Shown: in pieces, positions 14,750 through 27,300 of the stretch
Layout of the letters: every line of letters begins with the position of its first letter
Numbering within the stretch: the first letter of the stretch is position 1
DNA from: Nemertoderma westbladi
Taxonomy: Eukaryota > Animalia > Xenacoelomorpha
Assembly (NCBI GenBank): GCA_032718475.1
Contig: JAUCBJ010006357.1
Location: 1 to 53,747, forward strand
Length of the DNA: 53,747 nucleotides
Reading direction: 5' to 3'
Position numbers and translations under genes: made by a program
The notes under the pieces: generated by a model
Database searches by the model: none
The model's input: the letters and a program-made list of their open reading frames with translations, nothing else
What the model was told of the DNA's origin: nothing

Positions 14750-16878
14750 AATGCGACTACAACTAAGAATCTTGATAATCTCATATAATTGCAAGAATGT
14801 ACATAGTCCGTCGGGGCTAAATGATGTAGGAGATTATTGTCTTCCGGGGTTTGCAACATCCTTTTATTGCAAGAGACGTGGCTTCCGAAACAAGAGCTAG
14901 GATTTATAAATGAAATTCATAATGATTTTATTGGCAGAGGGGTATCACCCGTTGACCTTTCTGCCGGTCCACTAAGAGGCCGTCCCTATGGGGGGCTTGC
15001 AGTGTTGTGGAACAACTCGCTAGCTTCTATAGTGGAACCGGTTTCTTTGGTACAGATGAGTGCAGAATCATGGGTTTAAAGGTAAATTTAAAGAATAACG
15101 AGGAAATGCTTATTGTAAATGTATATATGCCTTTTCAATGTACAGATAATGAACCTGAATTTACTGAGTGCTTGGGTAAATTGCAATATATACTGGAAAC
15201 TCAATCATATTTGTGTTTATCAGTTGTAGGAGATTTTAACTCTAAGCCTGGAACTCAATTTTATAGTGATTTATTTGATTGGTGTGTTTCTAATTCATTA
15301 GTTATTGCTGATACACTTACATTATCTAGCGACACTTATACATTTGTAAGTGAAGCTCATTCTACGACATCGTGGCTTGATCACATTGTGTGTACAGGTC
15401 CGTTATTGAAGATGTCAAAGGAAATTAAGGTGCTTTTTTATTACTCTATATATGACCACCTACCGGTATTTTGGGAAGTTGATGTGGAAGTTGTAACCAA
15501 TGTACAAACTTCAGGTTATAATGATGATTGTTATGTTCTAATAACTGTGATAAAAGCAGTAAATTTGAGTGGTGTCATACCACTCAGGATAATATATTTT
15601 TATATGCGGATACGTGCAGTAAGATGTTGGGTGATCTCGATATCAATAGTGATTTTATTAATTGTAGGGATGTAAACTGTGGTATGCACCGTACCCAGAT
15701 AAGTAACCTATATAGTAAACTTACTGATATTCTTATTAACTCTGATGAGGCACATATTAAGAAATTGCCTAATAAGTGTGATAAAAAATGGTCTCACATT
15801 CCAGGGTGGAATGATTTTGTGTGAGATAAGCATGATGATGCCAGTAGTTAAGTCATGGCGTGAGTGTGGCTCGCCACGTCAAGGTCAGTAGATTACATGC
15901 GCTCCAGAGCTGCTTTTAAGAGGGCTGTTAGACATTGCAAAAAAAGATGAACAGAAAATACGTAATGATAAAATGGCAGATGCATTGTTGTCAGATAAGA
16001 GTTCTAAGGATTTTTGGGACCAGGCTAGGACATGTAATGCAATACATGTACATTAGGTGGGCGGGGCATAAATCTGGTAAATTTTTGGTTACAAATGGTA
16101 TGAAACAGGGTGGGGTCCTTTCCCCGATTCTATTCAATGTATATATGGACGGTTTAAGTAGGGCACTTAATGAGACTGGGGTAGGGTGTCTAATAGGGGG
16201 TACAAGGGTGAATCATTTAGGATATGCCGCAACTTGTGTCTTTTATCGAATAGTTTATTTGGGTTACAACGATTAATTAACGTAGCTGAACGATTTGCAT
16301 TTTTTAATTCTATATTATTTAATATGAAGAAAACAAAATGTTTATATTTCGTTCCCAGGAGCTCAGGTCATTGTATTTTTGGTGATGTATATCTATATGG
16401 TATTAAAATTGATGTAGTTGAAAAATTCAATTATTTAGGGCATATAATTCATAGCAGTGCAGATGATGATTTTGACATAAAAAGGCAAACACAGTGCCTG
16501 TACGCCAGAGGTAATCTATTAGCTAGGAAATTTGGTGCTTGTAGTAATAAAGTAAAGCTAACACTGTTTAGAGCATTCTGTTCAACAGTTTATTGTAATG
16601 CTTTATGGGCTAAACGAAATTATTCAGGAATTGTGCATAATAAACTCAGAGTAGCGTATAACAATTGTTTTAGGTTACTTTTTCATATTCCGAGAGTAAC
16701 AAACGGTGAACCAACTAGTATTAGCAGCGCATTCGGGCAATTTAATGTTAAAATGATGATGCATATTAGATACATGTCAATTGTAATTCTATTTAAAAGA
16801 GTTGATAAGACTGATAACAAAATATTGAGTACAATTACTAATGTATGCCGTCTGGACAGTACATCCAGAATAAGGTAA
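14750..16878 (+). pseudogene. LINE ORF2 remnant (APE endonuclease + reverse transcriptase, internally deleted)
   Basis: LLQETWL, GRPYGGLAVLW, NVYMP, VGDFN, SWLDHI, DHLP, IPGWN, KQGGVLSPILFNVYMD. The YADD motif is frameshifted (GYAA) and the N-terminal RT motifs are missing at ~16035. Confidence 0.9.
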
Positions 16879-19375
16879 ATGTGTGACCCTAAGACTTGGG
16901 TTTAAGTTGTAATTTTGTATCATTTTTGGTAACGTTGTTAGCCTGACTGTGTATATTCTGTTTGTTTGTATATATGTATTAGTACAGTATTTTTATGGGC
17001 CAACTGGGCCTGAAATAAAGCCAATAATAATAATAATAATAAAATGTGCTTTAATAATCGCGAAATTAATGTTATGGAAACAGACCTATAAGCCCACCAA
17101 GACAGATTTATTACCATATATATGGTATTGATTTGAGATCCCGGGAGGCACAGGGCCATAATCTGGCTCTCTCATTGGTTTAGCTATTTAGGTTGGTTTA
17201 ACGGTAGTAGGATTTGTTGGACCAATGATATAGACATTGCGTCATACCTATTTTTTGTTCACTTATTCACTTCTTGATCTTCGTTAATGTTCGCTTAATG
17301 ATTAATGATTCTCACAGTTTTTGTCGTTGAAAAATTGTTAATTCTGCTACTTTTGTTAATTGCAAATGCTGATTTCTGCTGTTATGTTTGCTTGATTGAT
17401 AACTTTAAACAATGATTACTGCTTAGACTGACTCTTGATTTCGTTAATCTTTGCGATGTAGCAAATCCTTATAAAGATTTTCCTTTCAACTGTCAGACTG
17501 TTTGTAAACGCATGTGCCAATACGGTAATTGTTCGCTTTAGCATGTCGGGCTAAGGGTACATGTAGGTGTAGCGGGCGCACTGTGGAAGCGACGGAAGGA
17601 GGAGTGGAGGATCCAATGTGGGGCAACGCTGGCGGAGGGCCAGTAGTTGCGGTCGGGCTAATCAGTTAGGGGACCGGGGACCAGTGGTCATTACAGCATT
17701 TGGGGGCTGACGATCCAGATTTTGTCTCAGCCTTGCAGTACTACGGTAGCTTAGAGGGTCTAGCTAGGAAGGCCGCATGTAGCTTGGGTGGTCTTAACCC
17801 TTTACACTAGCGCCATCACTAGCACTGTCGATAGCGCTACCAGCTCTGCCACTAACGCTATTTTATGTTGTGTTGTTTAAGGAGAGCCTGATGCTTGATT
17901 GTAATGTTTAGATAGGCACTATTTCTCTTGATTGTTTTCTATTTCTAAGCTTATGCTTATTAATTGCTGTTAGGTCAAAATAATACAGTAATTAGGTTGT
18001 TGCTATTATAACTCAGTAACATAATATATTAGTAATACGTATTCTGGAATACTTAGTAATTAGTACGCAACTCTGTATTTTTTGAGACACTGTAATTTAT
18101 TTAGGATTTAGAACAAAAATTTAAGAACTTGTAAGCTGCATAGCGGAGAATAGTTGGGTAAATTACGCTTAGAAATACCTTAGAATATTCGATGCTAGGC
18201 GGTTATTTGAAAATAGCGGGTCAGCAGGCTGACAGCGGCAGTGAAAGTGGCGCAGTAGTAAATTCGTAAGACCTAGCGTAAGTCCAGCGTAAGACCTAAG
18301 TTTTCGACATTAGGGCGAATTAATATTAAATCCTGTTACACATATAAATATTCTCACATTTGACATTGTTCCACCTAGCAAACTGCCTGTATTTCTCTGT
18401 GGGAAGTGAACGCTGAGTGTTAAACCATCCACACTCATATTAAGTAGCTTAGGAAGCCAGTTCAGATTTATTGCTTTGGTTATTGCTGTGTGGCTTATAA
18501 ATTCGAACAGTTAGCTCTCTGTTGAGATTTTCGACAGAGAAAGGAGCGTGTGATTGACAGAGCCGTACATAGTTTGCAATAGTGAATGGTCGCGTCCATA
18601 TAGTCCAACAGTAAAAGGTTTTGTTTGCTGTATCATTCAACAGTAAAGGGTTTTGTATTATTTACTGTGGCGGCTTAGGTATTTTATGGAAACAATCACT
18701 GACACATCGTGTGGAAGTTGTGAGATTTGGTGAGGACGAAAATCGAATTTTTGGCATTTAAGTATTATTAAACGGTGGAGAGATTCTTTTAATTTTGAAT
18801 GTATACATGCCTTATCAATCTAGAGATAATGCAGAGTTGTAAACAGAATTCCTTGGAAAGATGCAATGTATTCTAGAAACGTATCCATATTCTTTTGTTT
18901 GCATACAAGGTGATTTTATCGCTAATCCCAATGGGGGATTATTTTACTGTGAACTCAATGATTGGTGCACGTCTTTGGGTTTATGTATTAGTGATGTCAC
19001 AAGGTTGCCAAATGACACGTTTACCTTTGTAAGCGAGGCTCACTCCACTTCGTGGCTGGATCACTGTGTCTGTTCCAAAGCTCTTGAAGATAAAATTAGT
19101 CAATTTGAGGTTCTTTATGATTTTTCAGTGAAAGATCATATACCTCTCTTTACACAGTTGTTACTTGGCACCAGTGATTGTAGTGAATCGGAATCGTCTG
19201 AAAGTCCTACTGGTAGCGTTAATGTTAATGTTAATAATTATTATAAATTTAATTGGGATGGTGCAAAGTCCGAATACTTACAATCATATGCAAATGAGTG
19301 TAGTAGATTAGTAGGTAATTTACGGTTTGAAGACTCATTCTATAATTGTTTGGATACAAAATGTACGGTGCATAA

Positions 19376-19955
19376 TGTGACGGGATCCGAGAATCCCGAT
19401 TTATCCGGTTTTTGGTTATCTCGTCTACGCGTCCCTGCCGTGTGTGTGAAAAGAGTTCTGATGTTATTGAGTTGCTCTCTGTTGTTGGGTCGTATGCAGA
19501 GATATATATATAAGATAAAGTATAAGCACAGTGATTGTAATAACTGAATGGATGAGTACCGGTAGGATGGTTGAATGATGGAGGCAGTGGACGGTGACAA
19601 GAGTTACCGTTCCGCCCTAACTGAACTGACTAACTGAGTGAATAAATGACACAGTAACTGACAATATATTGCACTGGTTGGCCGTATTACATTACTCAGT
19701 GGATGCCTGCCCCCCATTGGCTAATAACTCACTTCTCGCCTCCCATCTCTCTGGGAGTGTTTCCCCCCCCCCCCCCGCTACTGTTATTCTCTCTCTCTTG
19801 GAGGTATAACCTCTGACCCCCTTTGTGTGTTCCTTTGGGGTTTGTCGTCCCCGCTTATTGGGGTGAAACGAGGTTGATTGGTAAGCAACCTCGTGCTCCC
19901 AATATTGCTTAAAGCTAACTTTGTGGGGTGGCTAGCGGAATTGAATTCGCTAACA
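19376..19955 (-). repeat. 3' LTR of the BEL/Pao element
   Basis: 580 bp, TGTGACGGG...GCTAACA on the plus strand. Direct repeat of 29853-30426, with about 10 substitutions counted by eye and a C-run length difference. Confidence 0.95.
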
Positions 19956-19963
19956 CCCCCCCC
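19956..19963 (-). promoter_or_regulatory. Polypurine tract
   Basis: G run on the minus strand immediately before the 3' LTR start TGTTAG. Confidence 0.7.
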
Positions 19964-20662
19964 ATGCTATCTTCCCGGTGAGAAGATAGCATCCACCTCT
20001 AGTGCGCTACAATTCCGCCGGATCCCGATCTACCATCGGGTGTGGGGTGGAATTATTTTCCTCGGAGCCGGCTTTCCAGGCCGCTCCCTATGGGTATGAT
20101 ATCGCTACCCCGTCTTGGTACAACTCTATCTATCTTGTACCAAGACACCTGGCGTCCCGTGTCGGGCCGATCGTGCGCTTCTCTCATACAACTTTTGTTT
20201 CCCCAACACTTTCACCACTAACTCCGCTCCACTTTCACCCTAACTCTTCCATACTCTTGGACCTCTTCGTCCCTCACTCTGCCTCTTGCTTCTCCCCCCC
20301 CCCCCCCCCACACTTGAATTGCACCCGCACTCTCTCCGCACTATTACTCAACCCCTATCTCACCCACTCACTCCTGACGAGTCTCACCCCCCTCCTGTGC
20401 CGTTGCACTCAAGAAGTGTGATGTCGTCCAATGTCTCATCTGTGATTCATAGTATCATAGTCTATTGCTCCCCAGTCCCAGTAGCTAATTGGAAAAGGTT
20501 ATATGACTATAGTTCTTACTTTGATTATATTTGTTTACTAAACTAATGATTGTTACGTACGTACATACTAATTACACTTTTCAATTATTTAAATTATTTG
20601 AATTTGTACTTAGGAATTCGCACGTCTCACATGGCGCCTTCCAGGCATGCCACATCGAAGTT

Positions 20663-23230
20663 CTAGTTCGTTCCACCTGACTTTGGGAACCATCTCAACT
20701 CTTTCCCTCTGTCGTCCTCCTCCCTTGGTCGTTTCCTGGCCGCTGCCGCTCCTTTGACTGTATCTCCCTTCAGACCCCTGACCCTCGCCGTCACCTCTCT
20801 GCTAATCCCGGTCGTCGACTCCTTGGGTGCTGGTGTTATTAGCTCCCGGTATCGCTTCGCGGGTGGCCCCTCCGAGTGGCCCTGTTGTCTCCCCCTGGTG
20901 GCGTCCCATAGGATCACTTTCATCGCCCGCGGCACATGCTCCGCCAAGAAATCTCTGAACTCCCCTCTGTTCTGTGGCGTCCACCTGTCCAAATACCTCT
21001 GCGTATTTATCACCCCGCCATACAACGCCGCCGTCGCTACCTCCTGGTATGTAAACGGAAGTCTCCGTTTGATAACCTCCAAGTGGGCCTCCTGGTTGGT
21101 ATTAAAGAAGCCCCACCGGAACTCCTGGGCCTTCATACGTTGCCGAGTCATGGCCCCGACGTCGGCCCACTCCTCGAAGATTCTAAACTTATCTTCGTCG
21201 TCCATCCAGTCGCACTGGCGTCCGTAGTGCCCCCGGAAACTGCACATCGAACACCGGTTGTGCAACCGTGGACACGCCCCTATCCTGTGGCTCGACTCGC
21301 GGCAGTAGAGACAACTAGTCCCTTTCTGGAACCGGTACAAACAGCTCCTTTCCTGGTGGGTCTGTCTCCCACAGTAATCACAGCCGAGCACCAATGTATC
21401 CCGCCCCACGTCTTCTTTCGTCCCAAGCGATCTCCACGGTCTGTGGAGTCGCTGGTAAGCGAACTTCTGGACGTTAGCGTCCCTGTCCACGTCGATCTCC
21501 TCGCCCCTCCCGGGCATCGTCTCCCCGAATACTACCCGTGGCGCCGTTCCCGGTTGCTCGCCCAACCTGGTGGTGCGCCCCGCGAAATCCATCGCCGGCT
21601 CCTCATGCACCCAGGCCCACTTGCCGGGTCTATCCCAGAAGGCTCTCGCCCCACTGGCTGTCACCACCCTCCCGCCAACCCAGTCCGTGTCCGAGTGGCC
21701 GATCCTCACGATGGGCGGCATCTCTCCGAACTCGTTGTCATCCTCATCCTCCTCTGGGAGTGGCTCCAACTCCGGTATCCCGGTGGACCCGCTGTGTCCC
21801 TTTCCACCTTGGCTCTCGCCCGTAACTTTCCATCCTTCCAGCTCCCCTAACCTCCTTAGCGGCTGATCGCCCTCGGCGCCCGCTGGTATGGGCGTCGTCT
21901 GCAATCCCGATGTCGACTGTTTTGGTGATCCCACCGTCCACCCTAATTCTCGCCCTAGAGACTCCCCCGAACTCCCTGATGATGTCCAACGAAGTTCGTC
22001 TAAGGCCGCCTGTTCCTCGAAGCCGTAGCTCTGTGCTCTAGCTTCTTCCTCCCTTTCATCTGCCTCTCTCCTTTCCTGTCTAGCGATTTCTTCCAATCGC
22101 TTCGCTTCTCGTCTATCCGCCTCTAGCTGCTCCCATCTCTGATATGGCGTATCTACCTCCCCGTCTACTAGATGTCGGCAGTTATAGTACACCGACTCGC
22201 CCTTCAGCCCCGGGTGGTCTACCAGACCCTCGAAAGCCGTCTTGAAGGCTCTTCTGTAGCTTAGGGGTTATCCCGATAATAGGAATGCCGTTGGTTCCCT
22301 CTCGATAACCACGGTCATGAATAGGTTAAGCAAACCCATCATTATCCAGTCCTCCTGTAGGATATATCGCTTCTGATATACCTTTATCGCTACTCTCCGG
22401 AATTGATACACCTCTTGTTTCCCTGGCCTCGCTCCCCACTTCAGCGAGTTCGCCAACTCCGCTCTGTACTCCTCTCTGAACTTACTCCAGTCCATAGGTT
22501 TGTGACACACGAGCCCCATTAGCTGGCCCATCACCACCGCTCCACAATGGCCTGAGTTCTCCACTAGTCCCAGCCCGTCTGGTGCTGTCATAGCCATGTC
22601 GACCGTCTGCGTATCCAGAAGGTTGGGGGTGTCCGGGCCAATGATTCTCTCCGCATCGTCACGAATCGCCGATCCCACTTTCGTCGTCGACTTCTCTCTT
22701 ACTAGGGTTTGCACCGCCTTCGGCAACCGGTTCAACTTCGGCCCGTCCTTCTTTCCATACGTCCCTAGGTCGAATAGGAATATATCCCCATTTGGCGCGG
22801 CCAAATGTAGGAGTATGGTTCTGGCTGACCCCGCCGATCCTCTCCTCGAACCCTCCTCGTCTTCCACGGTCCCATCATCGTCTAGGACCATGTATCCTCC
22901 TCGGCTGACGGACTCTACGAACCTCTTCCAATCCTTTCTCGGTGGCTCTCTTGCGTACTTCGGAATCCCGAACTTCGCTTCGTCTCCTTTCACCACGTAG
23001 TGGAAATGCTCGAAGATCGCATTGTCCAGCGACGGCGTCCCGTAGGTCCCAACCAGCCGCTGTTCGTGCACCTCCCTGAAATGGTCTTGTAGCGCTCGTG
23101 CTTTGTGGCCTCTCTCTAACCGCTCGTAGTATCCCCTCGTCTTCTCTTCCGGATGCCTCTCGGTGAAATCCACCAGTATCGCCTTTCCTCCTAACTCCGC
23201 CTTTCCCTTTTGGACAAGCTTCCCTGCCAT
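20663..23230 (-). CDS. Extra ORF of the BEL element: DEDDy/RNase D-like 3'-5' exonuclease + coiled coil + 3 CCHC zinc knuckles (one in-frame stop)
   Basis: ORFs 22268-23230 and 20663-22192 share a frame, separated by one TAA and an open linker (PLSYRRAFKTAFEGLVDHPGLKGESV). Exonuclease-like motifs: MVLDDDG, LLHLAAPNGDIFLFDL, LPKAVQTLV, KVGSAIRDD, LLDTQ, QKRYILQED. Knuckles: CDYCGRQTHQERSC, CLYCRESSHRIGAC, CSMCSFRGHYGRQC. Confidence 0.75.
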
Positions 23231-23699
23231 CTCGAACTCTCCTCAATCGCTCACCTGTAAGGTGGTGCCTTGCCAAGGCGCAGTACAGATGAGTGATAAA
23301 GTTAGGATGGTCTGTACAGTTCGACAATGGCCTATTTCTTACTTAACTTCGAGTTTTCGCCTAATTTTCCCTACTTAATTTCTAAAACTGCTAAATTGTA
23401 CCCTAAATTGTAATTTTGTCCGTTACTTTAATTATGTTCCAGAATATTTTTCCTACTGTTACCATAATTTGTCTAATTTTCTAATTCTATTTTATTTTTA
23501 ATATTTAATCAAACCCTGTTACTGTGCTACTACTTCTGCCAGTGGATTATTCTACTTTATAATCCACATTCTGGCCTACTCTGTGGGCTTGTGCAGTAAA
23601 ACAGTATACGTCGCGTGGCCTACACGATTTATCCAGCTGTACTCACATGCCCCCCTCTCGCTACTCACTACTACACTACTAACTAATATCTATATCATA

Positions 23700-24235
23700 C
23701 ATACCCTTCTACCACTAACTTCTAACTAACTTCTACTAACCGGTACTACGTACCCTCTTACTAACTTCTAACTAACTCCTACTAGCCGGTACTACATACC
23801 CTCTTACTAACCTCTAACTAACTTCCACTAACCGGTACTACGTACCCTCTTACTAACCTCTAACTAACTCTCAACTAACGGTACTACGTACCCTCTTACT
23901 AACCTCTAACTCTCTCTCAACTAACGGTACTATGTACCCTCTTACTAACCTCTAACTAACTCTCAACTAACGGTACTACATACCCTCTTACTAACCTCTA
24001 ACTCTCTCTCAACTAACGGTACTACGTACCCTCTTACTAACCTCTAACTAACTCTCAACTAACGGTACTACATACCCTCTTACTAACCTCTAACTAACTA
24101 ACGGTACTACATACCCTCTTACTACTAACTCTTACTAACTAACGGTACTACGTACCCTCTTACTACTAACTCTTACTAACTAACTAGCGGTACTACGTAC
24201 CCTCTTACTACTAACTCTTACTATCTGCCTACTTA
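23700..24235. repeat. ~46-bp tandem repeat inside the BEL element, between the pol remnant and the extra ORF
   Basis: About 11 copies of CTAACGGTACTACGTACCCTCTTACTAACCTCTAACTAACTCTCAA and shortened variants. Confidence 0.9.
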
Positions 24236-24364
24236 CACTCACTACGTACGTACTATTACTTTCTCTTCATTTTTTTATATTTTTATTTTTGTGTGTGGGA
24301 AGGGCGTCTCGCCGTCAATCCCACCCCCCTCAGTCCAAAACTTGGACGACTAAACTCTACTCGT

Positions 24365-27300
24365 CTAAGGTGCTCCCTCTAGTAGGCAGTTCTTCCACTG
24401 CCCCCGTGTAGGACCTCTGATTCTTCGCCCCGCTCTCCTTGTCAATTCCAACTCTCTTGGAATTGACCTTCCCTTTTCTCCTGTCCTTAAATTTGGAAAG
24501 TGCTGCCTATTCTCTATGTCTCTGATCTCCTCGTGGTCGTCCCTTGGCGGCAAAGTGCCACCCTTCAACTTGTCGTTCGGCGGTATAATGCCGCCCCTGT
24601 TTTCATCCATAATCTTAGATGCCACCTCTGCTGGCCTCCCCCTTAATATGTGCGCTGGCATTAAAGGCCTTGATGACCCCCATTCGTCCTTCGGTATACA
24701 CGATGTCTGCATATGTAATGCCCCCTCGCACTGTGTCAGTCCCGTGTGCATGTGTAACACACCTCCTTCTACTTTCCTGGCTTCTTTGTTACCTTTACTC
24801 TTGGGCTTCTCTGCCCCTGGTCTAATCATCTCACATCTTCTCCCTTTCCATCTTGTCTTCGTACTCGGCCTCTCCCTCTTCGGTATGCCTCTCAACCGGA
24901 CCGGTGTCTCTTCCGGACGTTCCTCCGGACACTCCTCCGGACGGTTGTCCTCCGGACATCTCGCCGTCCACACCTCTCCTGTCCCAATACTGATACTTGC
25001 TGGGAACATCCTTGTTCCATCCCATTGTCTCTAAATCTTCTGCGTTCAAGCCATTCTCCTCCGCCCACTCTCTTGGTGTTGCTTCCACTTCTAGCTGTCT
25101 CCCCCTATCGCCCGTCTCTGGCCTCTCCTCTACCTCCTCAACAGTCCCTGGCACCATGCACCCTGAAGTCTCGGTTACACTGAATGGTATATTGGTTTTG
25201 ATTGGGCCGGTTAGTGTCCACCTGAATGGTGTTAAAATCGCCACCGGGTCATACTGCCTGTCTTCGCCGAAGACCGTTTGCATTCTCTCGTGGGCCGTCG
25301 GGTAGTCCATTCCTACTATAATGGATACCTTCCTAACGTCCACCTCTGGGATTGAGAAGTCGATACTGTCCAGGAATTTGTATTGTTCGACCTCGATGTT
25401 AGTTGGTCGCCTGGCATTGATATTTATCGACTCTATCACCTGGATGGGGTTGATGCTCGCCCCATAGTCGCATCCTGGTGCTATTGCTGCTATCATGCAC
25501 CATCCGGTCCTCTTCTCCAGGACCTCATCTTTGCTGGAGATGGTTGTTACCGCCATTCTACTTGGCCTCATTCTCAATCCTATCTCTTTGGCCACCCAAT
25601 TCTCGACTAATGTGAAGGCTGCTCCACTGTCGACCAGCATCAGTGTGGTCACTGATCGATTGCCTTCCCCGATCACTCGCACTGGTACCACCCCAAGCAG
25701 TACCGTTCCTCTCTTCTTCGCCACTACGGTGCTTGTTGCCATCGTCTGACCTTTACTTTGACCGAACTTAATTGGCGTTTCCTTGCATTGGTTAGCACTA
25801 TGTCCACTCATCACACATCATGAACAGATTTCATTTCTTCTTGAGAAGATTCCATTTCATCTTCCCTGGGTAGTGCTTGCCAGTACCTGCAGTTCATGGT
25901 CTGATGAAGTGCATTTGTATGTAATTGGCATTTGCTCTTTGGGTTGTAGCTGTCCTTATACAATATCCTCGCTATAGACTGGGTCTGTTATTAATTCGGC
26001 TTCATAGTTCAAGAAGCTCGACATTTCTTCTAAACCCAGTTCCGCACCCTTCTTATCTCGAGTGGTGAAAGCGATTTTTCTCCACTTATTACGCATCCAG
26101 ATTGGCAGTGCCTGTGCTATCGTGGTAATGTTGTTAGACGCGTTGAGTTCGTATGGTGCGTCTAGCGTCTTTAGTACGATTAGCGCTTTCTCAACCTTGT
26201 TCGCAAACGTCTTTATGCTAACGGGATTATCCTGTAGGCCACCCGATGTTATACCTCTCAGGGTCTGCAGGATGATCTTGGCCGGGTGCCCGTACTCCCT
26301 GTCTAATGCCCGCCATGCTGTCGTGAAGCCACCCTCGATGCCCTGGTATTGCCTCACGATATCATATGCTGGGCCTCCTGTATATACTTGTAGATATTTT
26401 AGGCACTCCGCCTGCGTCAAGTTCTTTGTTAGTATTTCGTTACTATACATGCGCCGAAACTGTAGGTATTCTTCCTGCCTACTTCCATCGAATTTAAACA
26501 GTTCCACAGGTGGTAACTCGATCCTGGTTTTTAAGGCATCGATTAATGTAGCCATTCCCATCGCTTGCGCTTCCAATGGGTTCGATGGATGCTGTATAGG
26601 TTCTCCTGTTGGGTGCAGTCTGTTCGTCCTGTCTGACGCTTTTCTTTGACTTGGATATATCATTCGGGGTAGCGGCCCCCTCCATATTTCAGTGTCGCAT
26701 GATCTATTCTCATCCAAGGGGTTCGATGTTCTTATCCCTATTGGGGTATATTGTTGATATTGTGATGGGGGAATGTCACCCTGCCCCCCCCCCCCCCCCC
26801 CCCACCGGTATGTTTGGTACTGGGGTTGATATACGCAATAATTATCCCCTTCCCTGGGTATATGTTATGTCTTTGCATGCTGTAGTCATACTGCTGTGCT
26901 GGTACCGGTATAGGCCTATCTACTTCTGGCCTACCTGCCGGTATGTACTCCGCGACTTCCGGGTTTAATCCCGTTGTCCGCGCTATCCTATCACCTACAT
27001 TATCTCTCCCAGCATGGCCTATGGTATGTACAGTAAGGCCTACAGTATGTCCTGCAGTCTGTATGTGTCGCTCGGGATCAAAGTTTAATCTTCTCGAATA
27101 ATCCTCCCCGCGGCTACCGTACTCTCGATTGCTAGGTAGATCCCGTCGGGAAGTTTCTCTTCGACCCCCTCTACTGCTCTCGTCCTCGTACCAGTACATC
27201 CCGTACCCCCCTCTCGACGCGTAGTACGCCTCGTCTGGTCGCGTTTCTCCAGGATGACGGCAATCTCCCGAAGTTCGACCCCACTGACTCTCCGTTTCCA

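Larger units (their letters stand above)
12950..17043 (+). mobile_element. Non-LTR retrotransposon copy 1 (ORF1 + APE-RT ORF2; Proto2/RTEX-like), decayed
   Basis: ORF1 and ORF2 remnants in order, then a 3' UTR ending GGGCCTGAAATAAAGCC and an (AAT)n tail at ~17023-17043. The clade is from motif recall only and the 5' boundary is approximate. Confidence 0.88.

Noticed and set aside
20663-23230. env gene, given its position
   Set aside because: No signal peptide or transmembrane segment seen; exonuclease and knuckle motifs instead.
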